DNA of 64,000 nucleotides from Elusimicrobiaceae bacterium (GCA_017961585.1 JAGCWX010000020.1:150310-214309); one strand, 5' to 3'; counted from the stretch's first letter, positions 48,448 through 58,494 are shown. The notes: generated by a model not told the origin, from the letters alone. Made by a program: numbers and translations.

Positions 48448-50241
48448 TTACCTCGTAATCGTCCAGCCCTTACCCGTGGCAATAGCCAAATCTTCTGCCG
48501 TCAAATCATTGGCCCCGGTACAACCTGTTACGTTGCACACTTGGGAGTCAGTTACCGTCGGAAAAGAGTTAAACAAGTTGACTAAAGCCCCTTTGTCTAG
48601 CCCCGTGTAAGACACGTTAATTTGCGGGCTTGAGCCACTAAACGGAGCCGAGTTGGAAACTAAAAATCCCTTCAGCCCGTCAATTCTTGCGCTGGAAGCT
48701 CCTCCTATAACGAATTTTGTAAGCCCTGTGGCATCTTGCATATCCAGGAAAGTGTTATCCAAAGAAACATCCCCTGTTAAAAATGCGGCCCCTGTCGTTG
48801 TTGAACTAGTTTCAAGCGGCGGTAATGCTTTGAGCATTGGGCATCTATCAAACGTATTATTGTTGCACGATACCGTAGTATTATCACACGTTATCTTTTG
48901 CAAGGCACTGCATTGACTAAATGAATAAAGTCCACTGCTTGCTTGCATATTTTTAAGCGTTACTCTTTTCAAAGAGCCGCATTGAGAGAACGCTTGATAC
49001 AAACTTACGTTTCCATTTTCGCCGTCAAAAGCAGGCAATTCTACCAGCGAGCTACACGCTATAAAAGAGTTGTAAAGGGAAGATGTAATCACTGCATTTC
49101 CCGAAGCAGTAATCACTTCCAAAGAGGAGGAGTTTCTAAAGCTATCACGCAAATTGAGTGAATAGTTCGTGGTAATATGCGCCCATAACAAACCGTTTCT
49201 ATTGAGGTTGGTTGTGCCTAAACGAGTAAATGTTTGGGTCGTATCGGTAGGAACTAATCGTACAATGTGGGTGCGCAGAGCTGAGGGATAGGTAACATCA
49301 AATCCAGTTGATAAAGCAAGCGTTTGCCAATTGAGTGTGGTGGTAGTACCACTTGCCACAGCAGACACCTGTTTTACACCGTCTACATACACGTCATAAG
49401 TGCCCGAACTCGCAAGCGTAGCGTAAATATCAAACGTGCCATAGGTAGAATAATCAGCACTGTGTCCTACCAAATAATAAACGCTATTTGGCAACGCCCC
49501 GCTGCGGATATCCATCCAATCGGCCGGCTTGACCCACGGGCGGGTTTCGTCCAATTCCTCATCCAATGCAGCAATATCCTCTTTGTTCGTCTGAACTTGT
49601 GCCACTATGCTTGAAGTAATCCCGCTATCTACCGCGGTTTGTTGGGCCGTGGTTAAAGCATTTTGCTTGGCATCCACCGCACTTTGCAAAGCGCTGTCCG
49701 CATTTTGACGGGCCGTTTGCTCCTGCGCAACGGTTTGTTCCAACTGGGTTTTGGTTTGTGCCACGCTATCCAAAGCGTTGGTTAAAGCTGTAGTTTGCGC
49801 GCTGGCAAGTTCTGCTAAAAAAGTAGCCGCATCCGTTCCGGTTTTGCCCGACGATACATCATATTTAATACTACGTTGGGTTTGTTCGGCTATTTCTTGC
49901 ACTTGCAAAGTAAGTTTGTCATATCCGTGCTCTAATTCGGCCGCGTCCAACGTCCCCTGCTGGGTAAGATGGATATCTTGCGTCAACTCACTTTGGCGCA
50001 CAAGCGTGATTTTGTATCCGGATGCCAAGGGATCCAACCCACTGGCCAACGTCGGATAAGTAACCGTATTTTGCAAGGTGTTTACTTCATAGCCGGTGGT
50101 AATTTTTTCTTCCGTACCCTCGGGTGAAGTAACGTATACATACAAGTTAGCGGCAGACAAAATAGGAAAGTCATACTCCCAAGTACGGTTTTCTCCGTCG
50201 GCCTGATAAATTCGTTTACAAATTTGTGAACTGATGGTCAT
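48448..50241 (-). CDS. Tail fibre: T7 gp17-like N-terminal anchor, coiled coil, BspA/TpLRR-type C-terminus
   Basis: YQADGENRTWEYDFPI...ITLVR, LDKLT-like YDKLTLQVQE; repeats F..C..L (FIACSSL, FSQCGSL, FSQCSAL, FDRCPML). Confidence 0.8.
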   Translation of the reverse strand: MTISSQICKRIYQADGENRTWEYDFPILSAANLYVYVTSPEGTEEKITTGYEVNTLQNTVTYPTLASGLDPLASGYKITLVRQSELTQDIHLTQQGTLDAAELEHGYDKLTLQVQEIAEQTQRSIKYDVSSGKTGTDAATFLAELASAQTTALTNALDSVAQTKTQLEQTVAQEQTARQNADSALQSAVDAKQNALTTAQQTAVDSGITSSIVAQVQTNKEDIAALDEELDETRPWVKPADWMDIRSGALPNSVYYLVGHSADYSTYGTFDIYATLASSGTYDVYVDGVKQVSAVASGTTTTLNWQTLALSTGFDVTYPSALRTHIVRLVPTDTTQTFTRLGTTNLNRNGLLWAHITTNYSLNLRDSFRNSSSLEVITASGNAVITSSLYNSFIACSSLVELPAFDGENGNVSLYQAFSQCGSLKRVTLKNMQASSGLYSFSQCSALQKITCDNTTVSCNNNTFDRCPMLKALPPLETSSTTTGAAFLTGDVSLDNTFLDMQDATGLTKFVIGGASSARIDGLKGFLVSNSAPFSGSSPQINVSYTGLDKGALVNLFNSFPTVTDSQVCNVTGCTGANDLTAEDLAIATGKGWTITR

Positions 50242-50253
50242 GTTCTTCTCCTG

Positions 50254-50730
50254 TTATTTAAATAAAGAGGCCAATGCATTGCCCAAGCGGCCCAGGCGGC
50301 CCTTTTTGTTCCCCGCCCGACGATACTGGCGCATGGCTTCCAACAACTGTTGCCACTTGCTGTTATGTTCCTGTTCTTGCGCGGCAGCGGTTGTTTGTAA
50401 AGCCCTTTGTTCTTTGGCGGCTTGCAGTGCGGCTTGTGTTTGAATAGTACGCGCCGCTTCGTCCGCAGAGGCAGACTCAAGGGTCACCCCATGGGCCGCC
50501 CACGCGGCCTGCTGGCGGGCAAGTTCAGCCCGTGCATTTTCATACGCTTGACGGGTCTTCTCCGCCGTCGTACGAAATAAATAAGCGGTTTTTTCTTGTT
50601 GTGCTTGCTGCAAACTTTCCAATTTTTCTTGCGCTTGTTGTTCCCAAGCGCGGTACTGGTTTTTCCGAGCACGCTGTGCCTGACCGGCAGCTGACCACGC
50701 TTTCAAAAAACCCGTTCCGATTTCAATCAT
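50254..50730 (-). CDS. Small internal virion protein-like (Ala/Gln-rich helical)
   Basis: Position after tail tube B; helical A/Q composition; SD GGAG, start MIEIG. Confidence 0.55.
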   Translation of the reverse strand: MIEIGTGFLKAWSAAGQAQRARKNQYRAWEQQAQEKLESLQQAQQEKTAYLFRTTAEKTRQAYENARAELARQQAAWAAHGVTLESASADEAARTIQTQAALQAAKEQRALQTTAAAQEQEHNSKWQQLLEAMRQYRRAGNKKGRLGRLGNALASLFK

Positions 50731-50750
50731 ATAGTTATCTCCTTTTATCA

Positions 50751-53336
50751 TTAAGCGGCTTTTACATCCAAACGAAGCACCGTCAACGGTAGCGGATCGT
50801 GTTGTTCCAACATCACCCCCGACGTAACATCCGTTCGTCCGGCTAAAGGTACGGTTACTTGTCCGGTTTGTAATGAAACCGGCGTATTATACGCTTCCTG
50901 CGTACGTTGTACTAACGGAGTGGATGCCCCCGCGCAAAGGCCTACTTGTCCGCCCCGGCTATTTAAAAGCCATAGTTTCACTTCTACAATGCGGTGCGGA
51001 CGCCCTTGCTGTATCACAGGCAAGGTGCACAGTTGAGCGATGTATCCAAGCCCCACTTGTACTTCTTGAGCCGCAAACGGCAAAGTAATTTGCCCATTAC
51101 TTACGGTTAAATTAGGGACCACATTCCCGTCGGCCACCGCGCAAACGGTTTGTCCGTTTAAATGCGTAAGCCCCGCTACGGCAGTTTGAGCCGTTTGAAA
51201 GGTATGCACAACTGCGGCATCTAAAAATACGCTTTTGTCTGCCTGCGTGGATAGCACGCGTGGAAACATACGTTCCACAAAGTATTGCGTACCACGTTGC
51301 ACCAGTAGCCACACTTCTTCCTGCCCCGGCTGAGGGAGCACACAAATACTGCGCACAAGGCCCTGGGTTTGATGTTGCGTCCAGGCGTAAATGCCTTGTT
51401 CTGGCAGGTACGTTAGCGACAAAAATTTACCGTCCTGGCATGCACACCACAGTAACGAATCTCCCCCCTGCACAAACGCCATTTGCGTGATAGAAGTTTC
51501 TTCAAACAAATGCCGTGCACGCAACGTAAGGTCATCACTTGCGTAAGCCGATGCGGTATCATCGTAATAAAAATCGCGCACCACTTTTCCGCCGGTTTGC
51601 ACGAATAAAATTCGCCCGCCCGCCATCACGGGGGCCACCGCGCTTGCGCCGCGGGAACCTTGTGCTTCCAGCTGGATATGATCCAAGGTAAAAGAGCCAT
51701 TACAAGACAAACTCCACTCTCCCCCCGTCGTAAAAATAAGAAGCCGATTGGCCACACATACCGCTTGAACTGCGTTTAATTGTCCCCCCGATAAACGAAT
51801 GGACAGCGCATCCGTATCCAATAAAGTATCGCGCGCGCGGCCGAAATCCGTCCAATTTCCCGTCTTAGAAAACCACAATGTTTGCGGTTCCTGACGCGTA
51901 GCAGCTAGCCCCAAACGATCTTGGAAACAAAACACACAGGCCGGATATCCCGACGCGGGGCCAAAGGATCCTTCCGCCCATTGCGCACTCCACGCCGAAG
52001 AACCAAAGGCCCGCTCACACGATACCACCAACTGCGTGGCAGATACGTAACTAATTGCTTTGACAATGGCTCGTTGCACAAACGAGTCGGCACTGAGTTC
52101 ATATCCTATTTCCCCGGTAATTTGCCCGGAACGAACACGCACTTTAAACAAATTTTCTGCGTCGTTTAAATTCCCGCTCAAATAGAAATTACTATCTCCG
52201 CTTGCACGCGAAAGGGTTTTCACCGTCTGCCAGGTTTGCCCCAAATCTTTGGAAACTTCCACGCTAACGGTTCCCGTCCACGTTCCGCTGGTGCGCAACG
52301 TCCAATCACTCCCGGACGAAATAGCCGCCGACACGGCTTCATACCCCAAGCTACCGCTTTGATATTGTGCATCCACCGTGTGAATCACACAAAAAAGCGT
52401 ATCTACGTGTTGCGGCACAAAGTAATTGCCATTGCTTTCTAAAATGTATCTGCCTTCTTGGGCAACGGTTTGGGTGCCGTCGTTTTCCCCGCCGCTTAAT
52501 GTTTGTGTGAGTGTGTGAACCGGCGTGGAAGAAAACCCCCGGTGATATTCCAACACAATGGTTTTTCCGTTCCAATTTCCGCCGGTTGCAGCGGGCGAAG
52601 TAATCTGAATAATCCCGCCTAAATTTTGTGCCGTAAACCCTTGGGAACCATACGCCGTATTAAACGCCTGGACCAAAGCAGCCGCGTTAAGCCCAAAATC
52701 TTCGCTGGCGTAAAACCATTCGCCATTGAAGTAGGCCCACACCATACAATCGGTATAATTGACGGGCTGAAAAGAAACGTGCGCAGCTACCCCTTCGCTG
52801 GTAACCGTTGTCGTTTGCGGATAGAGACGCATTTGTTTGGTTTCATCCGTATTTTGCGGCTGAAACGGCCCGCCCTTCAAAGGCACTTGCCCCAACGAAA
52901 ACTGCCCCGGAGCCGTGCATACAAGTTGCATCAAGGGATAATCTGCGTGAGCCAAGTACAACGTGCGGTGATAAGCCGCCGTGCGCAATGTTTCCAGGGC
53001 TTGCGCCGGGTAAGGGGTTTGCAATTCCAACACGTTTCCATTCCCGTCTTGCACGGGGCCGTTATCCGTGTAAAGGCGAAAATATTTTTCCCCGGCTTCT
53101 ATCACGTACATTTCCGTACTGCTAACCACAAACGGAAAAAGCTGCGCACCTTCCCCCGTTGATTTGGCACTTCCCATATACTGCGTACCTGGGCGGTTGG
53201 AAATGCCCCCCTGCGGATGCACCCACATATTTTTGGCCGTTCGTAACCACGTATGATAGGCAGCCGTATCGGTATGGGCTTGAAGGGAAGGGCTAATTTC
53301 CCCGCCGATGAAAGAAGATTGTAACGTTCGCAACAT
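50751..53336 (-). CDS. Tail tubular protein B (nozzle)
   Basis: QSSFIGGEISP, GGISNRPGT, GYPACVFCFQDRL, LTYLPEQGIYAWTQH, VGLGY; start MLRTLQ at 53336. Confidence 0.85.
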   Translation of the reverse strand: MLRTLQSSFIGGEISPSLQAHTDTAAYHTWLRTAKNMWVHPQGGISNRPGTQYMGSAKSTGEGAQLFPFVVSSTEMYVIEAGEKYFRLYTDNGPVQDGNGNVLELQTPYPAQALETLRTAAYHRTLYLAHADYPLMQLVCTAPGQFSLGQVPLKGGPFQPQNTDETKQMRLYPQTTTVTSEGVAAHVSFQPVNYTDCMVWAYFNGEWFYASEDFGLNAAALVQAFNTAYGSQGFTAQNLGGIIQITSPAATGGNWNGKTIVLEYHRGFSSTPVHTLTQTLSGGENDGTQTVAQEGRYILESNGNYFVPQHVDTLFCVIHTVDAQYQSGSLGYEAVSAAISSGSDWTLRTSGTWTGTVSVEVSKDLGQTWQTVKTLSRASGDSNFYLSGNLNDAENLFKVRVRSGQITGEIGYELSADSFVQRAIVKAISYVSATQLVVSCERAFGSSAWSAQWAEGSFGPASGYPACVFCFQDRLGLAATRQEPQTLWFSKTGNWTDFGRARDTLLDTDALSIRLSGGQLNAVQAVCVANRLLIFTTGGEWSLSCNGSFTLDHIQLEAQGSRGASAVAPVMAGGRILFVQTGGKVVRDFYYDDTASAYASDDLTLRARHLFEETSITQMAFVQGGDSLLWCACQDGKFLSLTYLPEQGIYAWTQHQTQGLVRSICVLPQPGQEEVWLLVQRGTQYFVERMFPRVLSTQADKSVFLDAAVVHTFQTAQTAVAGLTHLNGQTVCAVADGNVVPNLTVSNGQITLPFAAQEVQVGLGYIAQLCTLPVIQQGRPHRIVEVKLWLLNSRGGQVGLCAGASTPLVQRTQEAYNTPVSLQTGQVTVPLAGRTDVTSGVMLEQHDPLPLTVLRLDVKAA

Positions 53337-53337
53337 A

Positions 53338-53919
53338 TCAGCGCACCTCGCTAAAAGCGTCTTTTTGCGGCACAAAAGTTACCCGTTCCGACATATTTGC
53401 CCGGCGGGCTTCTTCCAAGTAAAGCGTGTATTTTTGTTGAAGTTGCGCCGCCAGTTCTATGTCCCCGGTTAAAGCCAACGCACAATCCCCCGCCAACGCC
53501 AGCGCAAAGCACTTTACAAAAGCCGGGTCAAACTGGGTTTCATCGGTAATCCGGCGCGTATAACAGGCCACGGCATGGGGCTGAGCGGCACATAATACCC
53601 GTTGATTCAGGGTTGGATCAAAACGTTCCGTGAAAGCCAGGTTTTCCGCTCCAGCCACATAAACGCGGCGGATAAACAACGCATCAGCCGGATATTGGTA
53701 CAAATAGTCACCCCCAGTAGCAACCGGGGTTTGTACGCACACTAAGGGCTTTTCTGCGGTTGCAAAAGCCCAGTTATGGGTACGCAACACCTCATCACGC
53801 ACCGGTTCGTAAAAGAGTTGCAACCAACGCGCGGGCTCATTATTTTGTTGTAATGAGCTGATAGGGGCTTGCCCTAAATAAGCCAAAGCCAAATTACAAA
53901 TAGTTGTTTTTGAGTTCAT
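53338..53919 (-). CDS. Tail tubular protein A (adaptor)
   Basis: ICNLALAYLG, VLRTHNWAFA, YQYPAD, FDPAF..ALALA. Confidence 0.85.
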   Translation of the reverse strand: MNSKTTICNLALAYLGQAPISSLQQNNEPARWLQLFYEPVRDEVLRTHNWAFATAEKPLVCVQTPVATGGDYLYQYPADALFIRRVYVAGAENLAFTERFDPTLNQRVLCAAQPHAVACYTRRITDETQFDPAFVKCFALALAGDCALALTGDIELAAQLQQKYTLYLEEARRANMSERVTFVPQKDAFSEVR

Positions 53920-53920
53920 A

Positions 53921-54190
53921 ATTTTATGTATTATTTTTAAAAATACTTAATTTTTAAATATTTTTTATTTTAATATCATTAAAAATATTTAATATTAAAT
54001 TTATAAATACTTATTTTTTAATAATTTATTTTTTTAATATAAAATAATTTTTAAGTAAATTGATATAAAAAATCGTATTATAAAAAATATATTATTATTT
54101 TAAAAATCTTTATATTTTAATTATTTTTATTTTTATATTTAATTTTAAATGCTGTTTTTGGATTCATTTTTTTAATAAAAAATTTTTCAG
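53921..54190. other. Extremely AT-rich non-coding island
   Basis: 9 G/C in 230 bp (53921-54150, about 96% AT) by manual count. Confidence 0.95.
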
Positions 54191-54430
54191 GCATTTGGAT
54201 AAAGGGAGGGTTAAATCCCTGTTTTTCTACGTCGTATTACCGACGACAAAAAATATCTTTTTTGGGGAAAAAGTGATTTTTACCCCCCTTTTTAGGGGTT
54301 TTACGGGGCGTTATGGGCCCCAAAAACCCTTGTTTTGCGCAAAACCGGCTCTATTTTGCGTTTTTATTCTCCGTTAGAGTTCCCAGTAGCTTGAGTTTGT
54401 TTTAGCAAGGGGCTAAAATCCTTTTTGGGG

Positions 54431-54470
54431 CCGGGTGCCGTGCCCAAACGCGGCACCCGGTTTGTTTTGC
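54431..54470 (+). terminator. Hairpin with T-rich tail on the plus strand, antisense to the cassette
   Basis: ccgggtgccg/cggcacccgg followed by tttgtttt. Confidence 0.55.
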
Positions 54471-54487
54471 GCAAGTTTTTTTGGGAA

Positions 54488-54877
54488 TTACCGCATATCT
54501 ACAATATCTGCCATAAAGCAGCTCATCGCCCCTGCGGTAACGGTGCCGGTTACCGTGTAATAGACACGCAAGTAACGTTTCATCCCGGCCGGAACCGCTA
54601 ACGCAAAGAGATTTTTTTCCGTATCTGCCAGTTGCGTGGCGTTTAACGTTGCGCTAGCCAGGGTAACCACCCCGGAAGAAAAATCAGACTTATCTGACGT
54701 TTGCAAAGCAGCTACTATTTGTGTAGCCCCCGCAAAAGCAGTATCCACATGTCCGATTAACACCAGCCGGCCCGGCACGGCGTTGCCTGCGGCGGTTAAA
54801 TCCACCACGTTCGTGCTGGCTGCGGTGGCACTAATGGTCTGCGCATCCGAAAACATCAAGTTTTGATCTAATAACAT
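54488..54877 (-). CDS. Capsid cement/decoration protein (Bbp16-like)
   Basis: MLLDQNLMFSDAQTISATAASTNVVDL, LQTSD..DFS, RYLRVYY; follows MCP. Confidence 0.8.
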   Translation of the reverse strand: MLLDQNLMFSDAQTISATAASTNVVDLTAAGNAVPGRLVLIGHVDTAFAGATQIVAALQTSDKSDFSSGVVTLASATLNATQLADTEKNLFALAVPAGMKRYLRVYYTVTGTVTAGAMSCFMADIVDMR

Positions 54878-54926
54878 AATTTCTCCTTTTATCTATCGGG
54901 CGAATTAAAATTCCGCCCCAAGCGGC

Positions 54927-55904
54927 CTAGGCCACTACGTCCTCATCGTCGCGGATGGCATCACAAATATGCACCGGGATTTCGTTAAACGTCATCAGCG
55001 GTCTGGACGTAATTTGATCCGGCGTATATTGAATATTGGAACGGTTGGTGGTCAATTTACGAAGTGCCGCTTTGACAGTACGGTTCATATACCACACCGG
55101 TTTGCCTAAAGAAAGACTTTGGATTTTCTCTTCCAAATCACACATTTTGTCAATCAGCGTAGAAGGAACATTGGTTACATCAATGTTGCAAATACGCCCG
55201 GCAAAACGCCAATCTTGCACGGCTAAACCCAATTTCCATTCAAAATATTCTTTGTAGGCAGGGAATTCATTCCCGCTGGCATCTACGTGATTAACCAATC
55301 CGTAATCTACCCGTTGAATGCCGGCTTTGGAGCCCTTGGGAAAAAAGGTAAACACTTTATCCGTATCCCACACAACTAAGTAAATAGACGAGTTTTGCCC
55401 GTTGGTGGAACCGCCGGCGTTTACTACGTTGCGGCTGGACTCGGCACCGGAGAGCGAGTTGTAACGCGCGGCTAATCCGGTAAAGCGTTCCGGCGTAGCA
55501 CCGGAATTTCCGTAAATTAAATTAGACGCCATGGAAGACGACATCCCCGCAATAATCGCGCGGGATTGGCCGCTGCGTACTGCGTCCACATTGCCGCCTT
55601 TTTCGGCCACCAATTTATCCACCACCGAGTAAGCAGAAAGCGTTCCGTAGCTTTCAACTACTACTTTGGTGGTGGCTTTAGCGGGTTCAATGCCTTGATA
55701 AGCGCGGCGCCAAGTTCCTTCGGGGATACCGGTACGTACAGCATATTCATGCCCGGAATCGAGCGAGCTTTCCGCTACAATTGCATCCCCAATAATATCG
55801 TTAGATTCGCTAAGCACTTCGGCAATAGCCAGTTCTTGGCCCGACGGGTCAAACTGCTTGGCATAATCTATTAAGTTGTAATTTTTATCTGCAATAATTG
55901 CCAT
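54927..55904 (-). CDS. Major capsid protein (BPP-1 Bbp17-like)
   Basis: IAEVLSESN, VRTGIP..TWR, IYGN...PERFTGLAARY, GLAVQDWR...RICNIDV, F.EIPV...DAI. Confidence 0.88.
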   Translation of the reverse strand: MAIIADKNYNLIDYAKQFDPSGQELAIAEVLSESNDIIGDAIVAESSLDSGHEYAVRTGIPEGTWRRAYQGIEPAKATTKVVVESYGTLSAYSVVDKLVAEKGGNVDAVRSGQSRAIIAGMSSSMASNLIYGNSGATPERFTGLAARYNSLSGAESSRNVVNAGGSTNGQNSSIYLVVWDTDKVFTFFPKGSKAGIQRVDYGLVNHVDASGNEFPAYKEYFEWKLGLAVQDWRFAGRICNIDVTNVPSTLIDKMCDLEEKIQSLSLGKPVWYMNRTVKAALRKLTTNRSNIQYTPDQITSRPLMTFNEIPVHICDAIRDDEDVVA

Positions 55905-55915
55905 AGATTTTCTCC

Positions 55916-56434
55916 TTAATTTTTTCCGTACAAGGCCTGGGCGAAGGTTTTATCCGTCGTAGCGTTACACACTGCGCCGGGGGTATTGTCTTCGCTTAAG
56001 CGCGTGGCCACCGCGTGAAAGGTACGGACCATCACCGGGTGGTTCCCTAACCCCGTTTCTTCTAACAAGGCACGTAGCTGCGGGCCGCCAAACACATCTG
56101 CCGCACGCACGGCTTTGGAAACTTCCTCCTGCCAACGAGTCCCAAACGCTTGTTGCGTTTGCTGCGCCCATTGTTCCAGCTGTTGTTTTTGCTGAGCGAT
56201 TTTTTCCTGCGCCGCACTTTGCAAGCGGTTTTCTTCTAAAACTAACCACTGCTGCAAAGCCGCGGCGGGCAGTTGAACTTGGGCAGCGGTTTGCTTAAAA
56301 GCCATTACATCCGCCTCAGCCAACAAAGAATTTTCCGGCAGAACAATCTCTGCATACGGGTCTAGGGACGTCTGCGGTGCCGATTCGGGCACAGCGGACG
56401 AAGTTTGTAAATCGGTTTGAGTAGGTTTAGTCAT
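55916..56434 (-). CDS. Capsid scaffolding protein
   Basis: Y.EIVLPE, helical Q/A core, GLGNHPVMVR.F, C-terminal AQALYG. Confidence 0.75.
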   Translation of the reverse strand: MTKPTQTDLQTSSAVPESAPQTSLDPYAEIVLPENSLLAEADVMAFKQTAAQVQLPAAALQQWLVLEENRLQSAAQEKIAQQKQQLEQWAQQTQQAFGTRWQEEVSKAVRAADVFGGPQLRALLEETGLGNHPVMVRTFHAVATRLSEDNTPGAVCNATTDKTFAQALYGKN

Positions 56435-56726
56435 GTTGATTCTCCTGATTGAGTTGATTTTGCAAAGAGGTTACTTCTGCTTGATATTCCCCGCGCATTT
56501 GTTGATACGCACCGGGCAAAGCTTGTTCAATTTCATCCAGCAAAAACAGCCCAATGCTACGTTGCCCGCAATGAAAAGCCGTGGCTAGCGAATCGCCGGG
56601 GATAAAACCGTGGTGACGCACTTGCGCGGCTTGTAAAATTTTCCACAACACGCGGCGGCCTTGTGGGTTTTTTAAAACGGCTTGCATATCATATACCGCA
56701 CGTTTTTTGAGTTTGTTCTCATTCAT
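56427..56726 (-). CDS. Conserved podovirus head protein (Bbp19-like)
   Basis: VL..PQGRRVLW..L, AF..GQRSIGL; start MNENK at 56726. Confidence 0.7.
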   Translation of the reverse strand: MNENKLKKRAVYDMQAVLKNPQGRRVLWKILQAAQVRHHGFIPGDSLATAFHCGQRSIGLFLLDEIEQALPGAYQQMRGEYQAEVTSLQNQLNQENQHD

Positions 56727-56728
56727 AT

Positions 56729-58228
56729 TTAAGCTTCCTCTTTGAGTAAAATCCCATCCACGCCCAAGCTTTCCAGCCCTTCGCGAAATGCTTTTTGATA
56801 ATCCACTTGCCACGCAACGGACGGATCCGCCTGTGTAATTTGCGCGGCCAATTCCAACCCCTGCGCTAACGGCTCTAACGCCGCCGAGCGTTGTGCTTGT
56901 GCAATGGTGGAGGTATAATCCACGTGTAATTCAAGCCCGTTTAAAATTTCCGGCGCGGGTGGCAACATCCCTTGGCGCAGCAAAATAAAATACGTACGTT
57001 CCACCAAAGGGTCCAACAATTCCGTTTTTAAACGCTCAAAGACCGGGCCCAATAAAAGCATTTTTTCTTGGCGCCGCTCGGCCACTTCGGCCGCGGTCAT
57101 GTTGGGTACTTCTTGCGAAGAGAGCATCACAAACACGTCTGCAAAAAAATGAGAGCGAATTGTATCGCGCACTTGTTGCATTGTTTGTTCAAGAGCGGTC
57201 AAATCCGGCTGGACTTGATAGGCCGGTTTTATAGCGGCTTCACTTAAACTGTTACAGCGCGTGATACCGCCGGGAAGTAGGTTTACTTCCCCCTGCACAT
57301 GGGCGGATACCATCACGGGCGGATTGGTATTTTTATCCAACGCCACCAGCTTGGTTTTTTGCATTTTTTGAAGCATTTTTACATCGCCCAGCACCTTCCA
57401 ACCTGGGCCGCGGCCGTAACTTTCCGACGTGTTTTTTGTTTCCCAACGTACGGCAACGACAGGGAATTCGTGATATCCCCCCTCGCGCAACAAGGTTCCG
57501 TCTTCCAAAAAATAAACGGATTTGTAAGCAAAGCAGGTAAAATCCAAGCATTGTTCATCGGCCTGCTCATTGGGCAAAATCAGATGCATCACTTTATGGA
57601 ATGAAGCAGAATTACCTTGTTTAATTTCTTGCAAAATTTGAGGAGAAAAGCGCGCCCCTTCAAAATGTTTTTGTAATTGAGTAGCCGTCATAAAAAATTC
57701 ACGGCCAAACGTATTTACGCGCCCTTTTTCATCAATGTCTAGCACATATTCCCCCGCTGTAAACGGACGGCAAAAAATACCCCCTTGCGGATCTTCTTCC
57801 ACCAAAAAGGCAGCCGTACCAAACACAGCAATTTCTTCATACATGGTTTGTAGCACGCAGTACAAATTGCTTTTGGCAAACGCACTTTCCAACGCTTTTT
57901 TTACTTCTAACAACCAGGCGGAAGCACCGGGTAATTTTTTAAGGCCGCGCGGGCACAAGGTTACATCAAACCAACTGCGCGACGGGCTGGTAAGCCCACT
58001 CATCAGGCCGGCCCCCAGCACCCCTACTGCCAACGAAGCTGAACTATCCAACAAGGTTTTATGATCGATCCGTTTGGCATTGTTCGGGGTTTCGCTTTCA
58101 AAAATCCCGCGGGTAGGGGCCAAATACGTAGCTAATTCTTTCCACGTACGCATCCACGGGATGCGGGTTTGTTTGAGTGCGTCGTACCGTTTTTGATACG
58201 CCGCTGTTTTTTGTGTTTGTATATTCAT
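56729..58228 (-). CDS. Portal (head-to-tail connector)
   Basis: LGAGLMSGLTSPSRSWF, FGTA, YGRGPG, P.MTAAEV.ER.QEK...LGPV.ERL..ELL.PL. Confidence 0.9.
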   Translation of the reverse strand: MNIQTQKTAAYQKRYDALKQTRIPWMRTWKELATYLAPTRGIFESETPNNAKRIDHKTLLDSSASLAVGVLGAGLMSGLTSPSRSWFDVTLCPRGLKKLPGASAWLLEVKKALESAFAKSNLYCVLQTMYEEIAVFGTAAFLVEEDPQGGIFCRPFTAGEYVLDIDEKGRVNTFGREFFMTATQLQKHFEGARFSPQILQEIKQGNSASFHKVMHLILPNEQADEQCLDFTCFAYKSVYFLEDGTLLREGGYHEFPVVAVRWETKNTSESYGRGPGWKVLGDVKMLQKMQKTKLVALDKNTNPPVMVSAHVQGEVNLLPGGITRCNSLSEAAIKPAYQVQPDLTALEQTMQQVRDTIRSHFFADVFVMLSSQEVPNMTAAEVAERRQEKMLLLGPVFERLKTELLDPLVERTYFILLRQGMLPPAPEILNGLELHVDYTSTIAQAQRSAALEPLAQGLELAAQITQADPSVAWQVDYQKAFREGLESLGVDGILLKEEA

Positions 58229-58296
58229 AACTAATCCATTTCCTTATGTACAATTTGACGCAAAATTTACTATCATACAAATACACGGAGGTATGT

Positions 58297-58473
58297 ATGA
58301 GCGGAATTATTTTGATCTTTTTATTTGTAGTATTACTAGCAGTGCCGGGGTTTTATGTGATTACGCGTTGGGTGTTCCCCAAAGGGAGCAAACGCAACGC
58401 CCGGCTTATATCCTACAGCTTGACAGCTTTGTTAGTAACTATTTTGGCAATTGTAATGTTTGCCAACCTGTAA
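58297..58473 (+). CDS. 58-aa two-TM membrane protein on the opposite strand (moron)
   Basis: SD GGAGG, ATG 58297, two hydrophobic helices around KGSKRNAR, own terminator. Confidence 0.65.
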   Translation: MSGIILIFLFVVLLAVPGFYVITRWVFPKGSKRNARLISYSLTALLVTILAIVMFANL

Positions 58474-58494
58474 TACTACTGTTTGATTATATAT

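Noticed and set aside
48448-49500. Diversity-generating retroelement acting on the tail fibre, as in BPP-1
   Set aside because: No reverse transcriptase and no TR/VR repeat pair seen in the window; could exist in trans but is unsupported here
54195-54377. 60-aa plus-strand ORF beside the AT island
   Set aside because: TTG start, no SD, composition driven by homopolymer runs
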